Source of the DNA: a virus
Virus record (IMG/VR): IMGVR_UViG_3300033048_000096
Direction: 5' to 3' (one strand)
DNA length: 64,000 nucleotides
Part shown: positions 48,681 through 58,748 of the stretch, one piece after another
How the letters are laid out: each line of letters begins with the position of its first letter
How positions within the stretch are numbered: position 1 is the first letter of the stretch
The notes under the pieces: model-generated
What the model was told of the DNA's origin: nothing
What the model saw: the letters and a program-made list of their open reading frames with translations, nothing else
The model's database searches: none
Program-made: the position numbers and the translations under genes

Positions 48681-50462
48681 TCACATTTTAAGTCTAGGTG
48701 CGTAAGCTAATGAAGGCCTTGGCATTGTAGATTTCGTCTTCTTGCCAGGCTTAAGGGTAAACCTTTCTGTTGAGTCAAATTTCCAAGCCATATATGCATA
48801 CATTAAAGCCATTAACCCATCATTAGGTGTCGTGCCCTTAACGTATGTTTTTACTTGTTGACCCCCACCCTTTATGCGAATAGATGTACCCATAGAGGTG
48901 CAGTGATCAATTAACCATTCCACATGCTCATAGCTCTTCCACGGAAATCTTATTTTACCCTTTCTTATTTTATCAAACAATTCCTCAATCATAAGATCTT
49001 TATTGTACGAAACCATTAGCTCATCTTCTCTGTATTTTAAAGGGTTTAGTAAAGCTCCGCTTCCCTGTGCCCCAAGTAACCTATCACCCATTCCGGCCTG
49101 TATATCTCTAACAACATCCTGACCGAAGAAGAAATCTGATACCCCCTGTTTTATACCGAATCTCTTATACATTTCCAAGACTGTTTCTTTTTTATATCCA
49201 AAACTTCTCTCTCTAAGCTTATGTGCGTGCTCAACCAGTAGAGTTCCGTCTCCTGCGTCCGAAAGAATAACGACGCACGAATATGACTGTCCTCGGCCAT
49301 CTTTCTCAACCTTATCCCCCCAGTCAACACCTAAATATGTGTTCTTATCTCGGGAACTTATACGCCGCGAAAAACTCCTGTCAGGATCTTTACAGTACAT
49401 CTCGATTTGAGTTCTTGTTAATGGCATGCCTACACCGGCATAAAACTCGCCAACAACTTCGTTATTCCAAACTCGCTCAGATTGATTTGGATTATTTTCC
49501 GGCATTAGATCATTTATGTATTCCCTATTTAGATTCGGAATATAAAGCTGATTAATATGAAAACCAACATACTTGCAGTCATCTGGATTTCTGGAAGGAA
49601 CCCACTTACCTAGCTCAATGGCATCAACCTTCTTGCTTATAGCCCCACAATGAGGACACCTAAAATCATATCCCTTAATCCATATATCTTTCCAACCATC
49701 ATCCTCGGGTTGATAAAATGGGTACGTACCTTTACACCCTACACATCCTAAATGATAATACCTCTGATCAGACATGTTCCAGGTTGTCTCAAACCAACTT
49801 CCTTTCTCCTTGGGCGTCCCGAAATATACCTGCACACCTTTTCCGTTTTGACCATACTTTGCGGCAGTCAATGTCTTTGTGGTGTTACCTATCCCAATTG
49901 CTGTCATATCCTGACACTCATCAAAGAAGGATATGTCAATCGTCATACCACGCGTCCTATCACCTTCGGCACCTATGCTTTCGATCCATAGGGTTCCTGT
50001 CTTGAACTGTTTCATCGTCAGGTTATCAACGGCGGTTGGCCCCACTAACTTATTCTTATTTATAAAGTCATCCTTTGCGCTTCTTATTAAACCTTCCAAC
50101 TTGTCTTGCGTAAATCTCTTAACCATAGCTAATGCTGGGAACAAATGAGCTACGCGTATCGGGGGGTTGGTAAATAAACCGCTATTAGTGAAGTATAGGT
50201 CTAACGCTCCAGCCATCATTGTGGCGCCCACCTGCCGGCCTTTCTTTATCACAACTGGCTTACCGTTTTTTCTAGAAGCTTGCAGAGCTATATACCTATA
50301 GACATCCGCCATGAATTTCCACCCATTCCCTATAACACTGAAAGGCTCACCATCGAGAGTTAAATTGTTCTCGATAAAATGAGCCGGATCGTAGTCCAAA
50401 AAACTGGTCTTTACTTTGCTAAATAACTTTCTTTCTTCATTCTTTAAATTTTTCTGAGCCAT
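48681..50462 (-). CDS. terL: Terminase large subunit (lambda GpA-like)
   Basis: Walker A-like KKGRQVGAT, Walker B FFDECQD, FGTP, CxxC...CPHC ribbon, GFHINQL, nuclease GVDWG and ND.LMA. Confidence 0.92.
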   Translation of the reverse strand: MAQKNLKNEERKLFSKVKTSFLDYDPAHFIENNLTLDGEPFSVIGNGWKFMADVYRYIALQASRKNGKPVVIKKGRQVGATMMAGALDLYFTNSGLFTNPPIRVAHLFPALAMVKRFTQDKLEGLIRSAKDDFINKNKLVGPTAVDNLTMKQFKTGTLWIESIGAEGDRTRGMTIDISFFDECQDMTAIGIGNTTKTLTAAKYGQNGKGVQVYFGTPKEKGSWFETTWNMSDQRYYHLGCVGCKGTYPFYQPEDDGWKDIWIKGYDFRCPHCGAISKKVDAIELGKWVPSRNPDDCKYVGFHINQLYIPNLNREYINDLMPENNPNQSERVWNNEVVGEFYAGVGMPLTRTQIEMYCKDPDRSFSRRISSRDKNTYLGVDWGDKVEKDGRGQSYSCVVILSDAGDGTLLVEHAHKLRERSFGYKKETVLEMYKRFGIKQGVSDFFFGQDVVRDIQAGMGDRLLGAQGSGALLNPLKYREDELMVSYNKDLMIEELFDKIRKGKIRFPWKSYEHVEWLIDHCTSMGTSIRIKGGGQQVKTYVKGTTPNDGLMALMYAYMAWKFDSTERFTLKPGKKTKSTMPRPSLAYAPRLKM

Positions 50463-50470
50463 TACTATCC

Positions 50471-51106
50471 TTAGGATAAATTTGGTTCCGCATGATTATA
50501 ATATTCCGCCACAGAATCTTCAGCATCTCTTTCTTGATGCTTAGAACTATCAGAGGGAATATATGAAACTAAACTACTGAAACTATCATCATGCGCACCA
50601 AGTAAGTCTTTTACGTAGCCAATTAATTTACCTTTATCTATCTTACTCTCTAAATCATTATATCTTAAACCATCCTCCTGCTTGCAACGAGAGATTACGG
50701 TGGATGCGTCCAAGTGAGGCTCATGCTGAACCATATCTTTAATGTATGTTAAAATGTTTCTCATTAATTCCACATCTCTATGCGGATGAGCCATGGCTGT
50801 TTTTATAGAACAAGCGCAAGAAGAACTTGAATGCTTACACTCGCATCTATTTAATGCCATTTTTTCATTGCTTACTTTCTCCATTTCATTAACAATCTTT
50901 ATTGTTAAATCAAAACCAAGTCTTTCTCTGAAATCAGCCATCTTCTCATCTATACTGCCGAATTTCTTATCCTTATGTATCTTGTTAAGATATTCCCTTA
51001 GATAATCAATGTTTTGTGCATTTTTATCCAGATCGTGAGCAAATTCGTATAACCACATCGCGGTTATTTTACTCTTTTCGTTTAAGCTATGTCTTTTAAT
51101 TTTCAT
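50471..51106 (-). CDS. Hypothetical head-module protein
   Basis: 211 aa with several K-x-A/S motifs. Confidence 0.6.
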   Translation of the reverse strand: MKIKRHSLNEKSKITAMWLYEFAHDLDKNAQNIDYLREYLNKIHKDKKFGSIDEKMADFRERLGFDLTIKIVNEMEKVSNEKMALNRCECKHSSSSCACSIKTAMAHPHRDVELMRNILTYIKDMVQHEPHLDASTVISRCKQEDGLRYNDLESKIDKGKLIGYVKDLLGAHDDSFSSLVSYIPSDSSKHQERDAEDSVAEYYNHAEPNLS

Positions 51107-51115
51107 AATTATTCC

Positions 51116-52141
51116 TTATGCAAAGTAATTCTTCATAAAATCAACTCCCTCACCATCACCGTCATTATCAGATTCGCCTATAGAACCTCTATCCTTGAAA
51201 ATAGGCTGGCCCATATCCATAAGAATTTGCAAAATAGCCAACTCTTCTCTGTCAGTAAATTTATACTTCTTCTTTAGGAACTCATAAACATCCTCAAAAG
51301 GTTTTCCGGCGGATACTACCGAGTTAATTATCATGCCTGTTATTGCTCGCTCCCATGGAGTCATTATGAGCTGAATCTGCGCAGTACCTGCTTCCTTCTT
51401 TATGCTAACAGAACCGGTTCCGCCCTTCTTGTGCCTTTTGTTAAGCTTTTTAATATGTTCTTTTAAGGTAACCATATCTCTTATCATATTGACTCTTATA
51501 CCTTCTAGGGTCGGTAGATCCAATGCATCATTCTTGTCACTTCTTAATGCTTCGGATATCTCCTTATTTCTGTGAGTCAAGAATAAAATAGCTCTCTCGC
51601 ATCCCAATGTAGAGCTTCCGTCATGGGCGGGAATTCCGTCGGGATATGCCGTCTTAATATACTCCATGAAATGGGAGGGGTCTCTGTCGTTAATCCAGTC
51701 AGTTACTTTATCCGCAACCTCTTCTTTAACTTCACTATCCTTATTGTCATCAACATAGTCCGTAGCACCAGGTAATCTAAATGAACTTGGAGAATCTATT
51801 GTCTCATCGCTCTCGGTGCCTGGAAGACCAAAACTTCCGCTCATATCAAAAGTCTCATCAGACTCCTTATTTTTTTCGCCAGACTCTCCCTCGATAAATT
51901 CAATCATATCATCTAAGCTGCCTTTATCACCAACATCATCTAACGGCAATATTAAAACCTCAGGCTCAGAGCAGCTCTCTTCATCTTCATCTTCATCTTC
52001 GAACATATGCTCATCGAAGGTTATGATCAAAGGGCTGTCACCACCTGGGAACCCATGATCTTTGTCAGAGATAGAACCTAAATTAAATTCCTGCGCAGTC
52101 TTGCTCTGCTCAATATACTCTGTAACAATAACTTTTGACAT
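51116..52141 (-). CDS. Hypothetical acidic head-module protein
   Basis: Likely start MSKVIV (AGGAG RBS); acidic N-terminal half. Confidence 0.6.
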   Translation of the reverse strand: MSKVIVTEYIEQSKTAQEFNLGSISDKDHGFPGGDSPLIITFDEHMFEDEDEDEESCSEPEVLILPLDDVGDKGSLDDMIEFIEGESGEKNKESDETFDMSGSFGLPGTESDETIDSPSSFRLPGATDYVDDNKDSEVKEEVADKVTDWINDRDPSHFMEYIKTAYPDGIPAHDGSSTLGCERAILFLTHRNKEISEALRSDKNDALDLPTLEGIRVNMIRDMVTLKEHIKKLNKRHKKGGTGSVSIKKEAGTAQIQLIMTPWERAITGMIINSVVSAGKPFEDVYEFLKKKYKFTDREELAILQILMDMGQPIFKDRGSIGESDNDGDGEGVDFMKNYFA

Positions 52142-52151
52142 CACTCTTCTC

Positions 52152-52424
52152 CTATCCATAAAAACTTGTAAGTAACCCGGTCCATGTTCTGCTTATATTA
52201 TCATCTACGTATTCTGACTCGTTAAACTGCCCTTGTAATGGCTTGGCAGAGTCACCAACATACACCCTGGGGTACAAAGGACTACCACTTAAAGGAATAT
52301 TAACAGAAGATTCTTCGTCATCAATCTCATACTCTTCGGGGTCATATTCGCCCTCCTCTTCGTACGCAATGATTTCGTCATCAAGATAATTTTTAAAATG
52401 TTTTTTGTTCATAATATTATTCAT
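52152..52424 (-). CDS. Hypothetical acidic protein
   Basis: About 90-aa ORF in the operon; start uncertain. Confidence 0.5.
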   Translation of the reverse strand: MNNIMNKKHFKNYLDDEIIAYEEEGEYDPEEYEIDDEESSVNIPLSGSPLYPRVYVGDSAKPLQGQFNESEYVDDNISRTWTGLLTSFYG

Positions 52425-52436
52425 AAATATCAACAG

Positions 52437-54143
52437 CTATTGTTGGTAGCCGCTTAACTTAATTAACCTTTCTTTTCTATTATTAATATTAGCAAGTTTA
52501 TTTTTCCTCCCAAGAATAGATACGTGATAATGAGGACCGGCCATTTTAGTCTCGTCAACAATCTTTATGTTAAAATCATTATCTATACGCATCGCACTTA
52601 ACACCTCTTTTATACCGGAAGTTAACGAAAAATCCAAGGCTTGTCCTGGGTCCGTAATATGATGGCTTCCTACAGTTCTGCTTCTTATAACCTTAGCACC
52701 TAACTCTTGAGCATCTTTTCCTACCCCATAACTCTCAAATATATCTGACATCTTGCTTCCATAACTTTTTCCGTATAGCCCTTCCAGATACTCTCTTCCG
52801 CCATTCATTCCGCCATTATCATTCCAGTTTCTTCCCATCAAGGCGGATTGGTTTCTTATAGATCTCCAACCACTAGTTATTATTGGGGTCTGAACACCCA
52901 TCTCCTTAGCTTTATTACCTATAGCCTCAATGAAATCTTTTACATCTTGGGTTACATTATTAATATTAACCCCGGGTTTAGTATAAACATTTCCTCTGGA
53001 TACAGAAGTGTACCCAGAGGCTCGCTCCGGTACCCTGTTGGAACTTAAATTTCTATCCGGTATAATGAGATTATAAAGCTTATTTCTTCTCTCTCTAAAG
53101 CCTTCCGTTAATGATGGCGGAATTAAAGAACTAACTCCCCAGTTAGAACCGCTTAGCTCATTTTTCATTATACTAAGAGTCTCTTCTGGGCTTTTATGAA
53201 TATTATTCCACTCGTTTTTATATTTATTAGAATACCAAGATGCCCAACTATTATACGACGGACTAGATTGTTCTGAGATATTATTGTAATTAGCCTTCCA
53301 CCACTCTTCTAGTTTTTTATATTCAGGGCCCTGCGATACATACGAGTTCCAATTATTAGCCAAGAAAGCAAACTTGTTATCTAATGCAGGGCTGCCGAGG
53401 TAATCAACCAAAATCTTCTTCTCTATCAATATATCTTTAAAATATCCTGACAAGGGAACGTTCTTAAATAAGCCCAGATCTTTAAGCAATTTGAGCGTTA
53501 GATCTTGATTTGCCTTAAGGGCTTTTCCAATTTTAACAGCTATATACTTGTCTTTTACGTTGCCCGAACTAAATAATGATGGATTGCTGATTGTGAACTC
53601 TTTAATCTCAGGAGCGATATCAAAATCATATCGTGCTGCAAGATTTATCGCGCGGTAAACTCTACGAGGATCATCGGTTAACGTAATTTCCGGAGGAACC
53701 GGGGTACGAATCAATTTACTTCTCATATCCTCAAAGCCTTGGCCAGTGGGATCCGTTATCTCCCCAGAAATTAAATCCTGATGCAAAGCATTTATCGTGA
53801 AGTCTCTACTGAATGCTTCCTCAAAGCCCTCGTTAGCCCCATTTAAATGTTTCACTACCCCGTCAGATACGAAATTGCTTGAAAAGTCTAAATCAAATTC
53901 TTCAGAAAATACTGTAACATGACCGTCGTCAGAAAGCTCGAAAGTAACATTTAATTCTTCGGCCAATAAAATTCCCAGTCTTAAAACCTCAGATGAATTA
54001 GTTGTTAGATCTATATCTGTAGTCTTTACGTTAGGGATATCCATAAATATATCTCTGGGTAACCCACCAACAACAAAAGTCTTGTCAATAAGGTATTTAT
54101 TAGCTATGCTATCAATAAACTTAAGCGTATCTTTTAAACTCAT
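52437..54143 (-). CDS. Class II (CCA/poly(A) polymerase-like) nucleotidyltransferase fused to an M15/Hedgehog-like Zn peptidase
   Basis: VVGG.PRD...DIDLTT, SRDFTINAL, DPTGQG..D......IRTP, DDPRRVYRA; C-terminal ITSGWRS..NQ...SHH...GQALDF...HYHVS. Confidence 0.8.
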   Translation of the reverse strand: MSLKDTLKFIDSIANKYLIDKTFVVGGLPRDIFMDIPNVKTTDIDLTTNSSEVLRLGILLAEELNVTFELSDDGHVTVFSEEFDLDFSSNFVSDGVVKHLNGANEGFEEAFSRDFTINALHQDLISGEITDPTGQGFEDMRSKLIRTPVPPEITLTDDPRRVYRAINLAARYDFDIAPEIKEFTISNPSLFSSGNVKDKYIAVKIGKALKANQDLTLKLLKDLGLFKNVPLSGYFKDILIEKKILVDYLGSPALDNKFAFLANNWNSYVSQGPEYKKLEEWWKANYNNISEQSSPSYNSWASWYSNKYKNEWNNIHKSPEETLSIMKNELSGSNWGVSSLIPPSLTEGFRERRNKLYNLIIPDRNLSSNRVPERASGYTSVSRGNVYTKPGVNINNVTQDVKDFIEAIGNKAKEMGVQTPIITSGWRSIRNQSALMGRNWNDNGGMNGGREYLEGLYGKSYGSKMSDIFESYGVGKDAQELGAKVIRSRTVGSHHITDPGQALDFSLTSGIKEVLSAMRIDNDFNIKIVDETKMAGPHYHVSILGRKNKLANINNRKERLIKLSGYQQ

Positions 54144-54153
54144 TTAGAACCCC

Positions 54154-55662
54154 TTAAACTAATGGCTCGTCTGGCTGCTTAACTGGAGAAACTTTAGACT
54201 CCTCAATTCCCTGCTGTATAGCTGCGGCACCTCTATCTGTCTCATCTTCATTCTCTGGCTCGAAAACCTTTCTAACCTCTTTCTTCGTGCGGCTATTTAA
54301 TTCATTCTTTTTAGCGTCAGATATCTCAATCAAGCTCTTGCCACTAGCCAACATTCCAAGCATCTTAGTGACACGAGTTAAGGCATATGAATTACCATCA
54401 ATTAGCTTACTTTGAGCTTCAGCTAATTCGGGAAACATTGCAGCGATACCAATCTTGTCAATCATAATATCAAACTCAGCTAACATACGAATGGTTCTTC
54501 TGTCTGATAACCTTCCAGCGATCTCCTCAAGTTTAATGACGGCATCAGTTAATGTTATGGGACCACCTAACTGCTCATACTCACCCTCTCTAGCCTGAGA
54601 ACCGCCAGACAAAGCTTTGCTTAATGAGCTTTCGTTAACCTCTTCTGACTCATTTCTATCAGGTGTCAGCTCAGAAATTCCTTCTGATATGGGTTCAGGG
54701 ACATCATCTAATGTGGGCTCTAGGACATCCTCTGATATGGTGTCTGGAATATTCTCTGATATGGGCTCAGGAACATCCTCTCTGTTCTCTAATGGACCTG
54801 GAGATAGATCCTGAGAGAATTTCATTAGCTCATCATGGCCTTTTGAGAATCCAGCTTTCTTAAACTTATTTGCATATTTAAATGATAAATCCGATGCAGT
54901 TACCTCATGCTTAAGACTTCTAACCTCTTGATCAAAATGATGAAGCAGGTCGGCCAAGTCTCTATGCGTTTCCTTATCTATGTGATCATCACTTTGCCTA
55001 AGAAGCTTATCAATCCTTCTTATCGCAGAATATAACTTGCTGCGCCATTCTATATACTCACCCTTAGAATCGTGCTTTTTAAATGATGGATTGTTTTTAG
55101 GAACAATAGCGTTATCAGGCCCGTAAGTACCTGGGCCCATTAGCGGAAATTGAAATCCATTTTTCTTTATATTGTCTTCTTCGTCAGAACTGTATTTTAG
55201 ATGCTCCCCTTTTTGATAATACTGAATCCATTTTTTGAACTTTTCATCCTCGGAGGTTTTAAGATCTAAACTGCCAGCATAATAATCTATAGCGCTAGGT
55301 AAATTCATGTCGCCGCTACTTACAGCGTCATAAATCTTATGAACCAACCCTGACCACTTATCTATGTCAAATTCCTGATCACCTTCCTGAGGGCCAAACA
55401 TCATCGGATAAGAGAACTTTTTAATCTCCCTATTTTCCATCGCTGACTTGAATATTAAATAATAATAATCGTTCAATGTTTTTAGACTGTAATCATCCTT
55501 ATTGTCAAATGACTCAATGACCAATTTTGGATTTAGACGGCTACCAAAAGTTGCCTCAATTATATTATGAATATTTACAAGATCTCTATAATCAGACGAA
55601 GACTTAACAAGCACTTCCGGGTACAAGATCATAACTTTTTTTAAATCTTTTTTAAAGCTCAT
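54154..55662 (-). CDS. Hypothetical head-module protein with short acidic repeats
   Basis: VPEPISE-type repeats around 54680-54780; several K-x-S motifs; start uncertain. Confidence 0.6.
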   Translation of the reverse strand: MSFKKDLKKVMILYPEVLVKSSSDYRDLVNIHNIIEATFGSRLNPKLVIESFDNKDDYSLKTLNDYYYLIFKSAMENREIKKFSYPMMFGPQEGDQEFDIDKWSGLVHKIYDAVSSGDMNLPSAIDYYAGSLDLKTSEDEKFKKWIQYYQKGEHLKYSSDEEDNIKKNGFQFPLMGPGTYGPDNAIVPKNNPSFKKHDSKGEYIEWRSKLYSAIRRIDKLLRQSDDHIDKETHRDLADLLHHFDQEVRSLKHEVTASDLSFKYANKFKKAGFSKGHDELMKFSQDLSPGPLENREDVPEPISENIPDTISEDVLEPTLDDVPEPISEGISELTPDRNESEEVNESSLSKALSGGSQAREGEYEQLGGPITLTDAVIKLEEIAGRLSDRRTIRMLAEFDIMIDKIGIAAMFPELAEAQSKLIDGNSYALTRVTKMLGMLASGKSLIEISDAKKNELNSRTKKEVRKVFEPENEDETDRGAAAIQQGIEESKVSPVKQPDEPLV

Positions 55663-55912
55663 TTTTCTTCTCAACATTTTTGATAGCATCTATCCAGGAT
55701 TCCAGCTGTCTAATCAACTTTAGCCAAAAAGAATTATCAATATCTTTGGCATTAGACACAGCCCTCTTAATATAAGTAAGAAATATTAACAAGTGCTCAT
55801 CAGGAATCTTCTTATCTTCATATATCTCTGCAATGTTTTCTTTTAGCCACAATCTAAATGATTCTATATTCTTTAAATTGTCTTGTGTTATGAAGTTATA
55901 CCTATTATGCAT
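55652..55912 (-). CDS. Hypothetical protein
   Basis: 86 aa, coupled to neighbours. Confidence 0.55.
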   Translation of the reverse strand: MHNRYNFITQDNLKNIESFRLWLKENIAEIYEDKKIPDEHLLIFLTYIKRAVSNAKDIDNSFWLKLIRQLESWIDAIKNVEKKNEL

Positions 55913-56606
55913 CTATAACTTCCAATCTGTTGTAATTATTATAACTTTCAGAATTATGCTTCGTGTTAATAAGTTTTGAGTTTACCTTCTCAACGAACAT
56001 AGGTATCAACGACGGGTCCAAATCTTGAAGGACCTCGAATACAATGTTCTTTAGAACAGTTACTTGTTCGTTAACGACAGTTATGTTTATGTTGTGATCG
56101 ATGGTCTTATCCGCGACTCCCTCAACATACTTTTTCCAATCCTGAACTAATCCGCGCTGAGTGTTAAGAAGATCAATTAACATCTTATCCTCCTTTAGAC
56201 TGCCATTGTTAGTTTGCAATGTGTTGAAATAAAACTCAATTCTAGTGCTCACAAGCGTAAGCATCTCAAGAATCTTTCTGTTAGCGTCTAACTCGGTAGA
56301 TACAATCTCATCTAACTTCTGCTGATATGCTGATGAATTTGAGATAATTGATCTGGCATTTAAAGCGTCAGAATCGCTATCACTTTCTTTTCTTGCTGTC
56401 TTTAAGTTATCAAGAACCTCTCCATGTACACCTAAATGCTCTTTTCTGAATTTCTGCAATGTGGCGTAAGAAATTTGAAGGCGTCTTTTTCTGGGATGTT
56501 TCCTTTTTAACCAAGCTTCAACTTTTTTCACAGACTCTCCGTTAAGAAGCTTCTTGATAATCTCTTCCCTCTCTGGGTGCCCAAATACTTTGTTCTGCTT
56601 TTCCAT
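55905..56606 (-). CDS. Putative terminase small subunit
   Basis: N-terminal HTH (HPEREEIIKKLLNGESVKKVEAWL...ISYATLQKFRKEH) plus helical oligomerisation-like region; first gene of the transcription unit containing TerL. Confidence 0.45.
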   Translation of the reverse strand: MEKQNKVFGHPEREEIIKKLLNGESVKKVEAWLKRKHPRKRRLQISYATLQKFRKEHLGVHGEVLDNLKTARKESDSDSDALNARSIISNSSAYQQKLDEIVSTELDANRKILEMLTLVSTRIEFYFNTLQTNNGSLKEDKMLIDLLNTQRGLVQDWKKYVEGVADKTIDHNINITVVNEQVTVLKNIVFEVLQDLDPSLIPMFVEKVNSKLINTKHNSESYNNYNRLEVIDA

Positions 56607-56624
56607 TATTTATACCTCAAAAAC

Positions 56625-56652
56625 AAAAGCCCGCTAATAATCGTAGCAGGCT
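56625..56652 (-). terminator. Rho-independent terminator
   Basis: Minus strand AGCCTGCTA...TAGCGGGCTTTTGTTTTT. Confidence 0.6.
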
Positions 56653-56685
56653 AATCATGTAAATATATTATACCAATTAAATCTC

Positions 56686-57150
56686 TCAGCTTCTATTTAA
56701 AATGTCCGTCTGCAAAGAAACTCTGCCTCCGACAAACGTCTCCCCATCTTCCGTTTTGAAGCCATCGTTCCAATCGTAAATTTTATTAGTTATTGGGTCC
56801 TGAAAAACACCGTCAGAAACTCTGCGGGCCTGAACACCAACTCTATCAGGTGAGTATCTTGTCGACAATGAACGATCAAATACGTCCGTAGAAAGATCGG
56901 TCTTTTTGTGATCAGATAATCCAACGCCGTATAGCTTGGAACTATCGTCATCGCCTCCACGCTCTACTGTCTTATGGCCGCGAGTATCATACTCAGATGA
57001 GGTACCTCGGGAATTCTGTAAAATCCCGTACTCTTCTGCCGTCTTAAGGATTGAATGTAATGCAGTTATTCTCATTGCTCTGGCAAGCTTTTTGTTTTTT
57101 AATTTATTAGCCTGCTTTAACACTAACCCAACTTTAGTCTCTTTACTCAT
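56686..57150 (-). CDS. Hypothetical (head-associated) protein
   Basis: 154 aa; AGGAG RBS; KQA and KTA motifs. Confidence 0.6.
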   Translation of the reverse strand: MSKETKVGLVLKQANKLKNKKLARAMRITALHSILKTAEEYGILQNSRGTSSEYDTRGHKTVERGGDDDSSKLYGVGLSDHKKTDLSTDVFDRSLSTRYSPDRVGVQARRVSDGVFQDPITNKIYDWNDGFKTEDGETFVGGRVSLQTDILNRS

Positions 57151-57158
57151 TAGATCTC

Positions 57159-58736
57159 CTAGGTAAGTAATATTCTGCTTGTATTAATTGAATTACTTTC
57201 AATTTGATTATCCGCTCTAAGCCTTCTACCCTTAGGGATCACTCTGCCTTTCTCGTCAAAAGAAATTTTGCTGACAGGTAGGGCCAGGTGCGGGCTGTAA
57301 AGCTCTACGGAGGTTGGGACCTTAATTAAATCTCCGCGATCAAATGCCGCCTTAATAAGCTCCTTTCTTTTTGAACTGTCAGAAGAATACTTTATCATCT
57401 CAGAATACTTATCAAAAGCCGCTACGTACTGATCACTACCAAAACGATGATTTATCGTCTGTAAGGCGTCCTCAGCTAATTTGTAATCTTGCTTAGCTAC
57501 ACCATCAAGAACCCGATCCATCAGCTGGTGATACGACATGGACGCTAGTATGCCTGTATGTCTAGCCACATTAAGCGATTCGCTTTTCGTACTCAAACCG
57601 TTGGCGAAGTTTTCAAAACCTTCCTTGCTGAAGTCAAAAACTTTCTGCTCATCTGACGCAACATTCGCCGCAAATCTATTGGGCAATAAAGGCATTCCGT
57701 TAGAAATCTCCACAGGAACATGCACTACCGAATTCCCTAGTCTCGTAGGAATGTGAACATCAAACAAAATCCCGCGTTCACTCGATGAAGCGATCTTTAT
57801 ATTAGTACTTGCCGCGCCGAATGACGCAAACTCAGCACCAAGCATTCCTATCGCTAACTGAATATGGTTAGCGTCGAATTTACTCGCTGCAGCCACTAAC
57901 GCATTTTCTAAGTCAGCAAACTGCTCTAAGCTATTAGGAATAACAGACTTTCTCATCTCTAATGATGGGGCACCGTCTCCTCTCGCTGTGGCGAAACGTC
58001 TATTCTGATTGGCCTTGAGACTCTTCTCCTGCTCCTTGATCGCTAAATACAAATTTCTGCCGTCAAGCTCAACGGCCTCTTCTGCAATTATAATATGCTT
58101 AGGCTCTCTAGCTACACCATCCGTTATCTGAACAGGTATTAGTGTCGTTACACTAGATAAGTTGCTAGTCTTATGAGTTGCTGCGCAAAGAGCGAAGTGC
58201 TCGTTAGACTCTACTATATCAACGCCCGATGGCATATACCCCAAACCACTCAGCTTAGCTATTACCGCCTTTTTAACACTCTTGTCTTCACCGGGCTTAT
58301 ATGTGCCGAATGATGCACTCCTTCCTAATGAGAATAGAACCGAAAAAGCGTCGGAAAGCTCAGAATCCTTATTGATAGGCTCCAATGGATTTTCTGACAT
58401 CTTACGCTTATTCGATCCAGCATGGACAATTTTGGCGAACCGTCTATTGGGAGGTAGCAAATCCTCTAATGTGTCTCTAAATGCAGTGTGACCACCGGAC
58501 ATACCATATAGTTGGTCATAAAGCTTTCCAATCTCACTTTGCTTTATATACTCTCTGTTTTTAGCCACCTTAACTAAAACATCACGCATGTTGCATATCA
58601 GCTGATCAGTTGAGTTTTCATTGGCAGCTTTTTGAAGTCTAATAACAACATAATCAGCTGGGTATGTTTTGCCAGACTCCATCTGAGCTAATGCCTCTTG
58701 GGCTTCTTTTAAAATTTTTCTAATTTCTTTACTCAT
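57159..58736 (-). CDS. Hypothetical (head-associated) protein with an internal duplicated domain
   Basis: 525 aa; TTLIPVQITDGVAREPKH resembles VVHVPVEISNGMPLLPNR. Confidence 0.6.
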   Translation of the reverse strand: MSKEIRKILKEAQEALAQMESGKTYPADYVVIRLQKAANENSTDQLICNMRDVLVKVAKNREYIKQSEIGKLYDQLYGMSGGHTAFRDTLEDLLPPNRRFAKIVHAGSNKRKMSENPLEPINKDSELSDAFSVLFSLGRSASFGTYKPGEDKSVKKAVIAKLSGLGYMPSGVDIVESNEHFALCAATHKTSNLSSVTTLIPVQITDGVAREPKHIIIAEEAVELDGRNLYLAIKEQEKSLKANQNRRFATARGDGAPSLEMRKSVIPNSLEQFADLENALVAAASKFDANHIQLAIGMLGAEFASFGAASTNIKIASSSERGILFDVHIPTRLGNSVVHVPVEISNGMPLLPNRFAANVASDEQKVFDFSKEGFENFANGLSTKSESLNVARHTGILASMSYHQLMDRVLDGVAKQDYKLAEDALQTINHRFGSDQYVAAFDKYSEMIKYSSDSSKRKELIKAAFDRGDLIKVPTSVELYSPHLALPVSKISFDEKGRVIPKGRRLRADNQIESNSINTSRILLT

Positions 58737-58748
58737 TTTAACAACCCT

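Noticed and set aside
48681-50462. Intein or intron in TerL (also considered for portal, MCP and the RecA fragment)
   Set aside because: Lengths are ordinary, motifs are contiguous, and no intein splice-junction motifs were seen.
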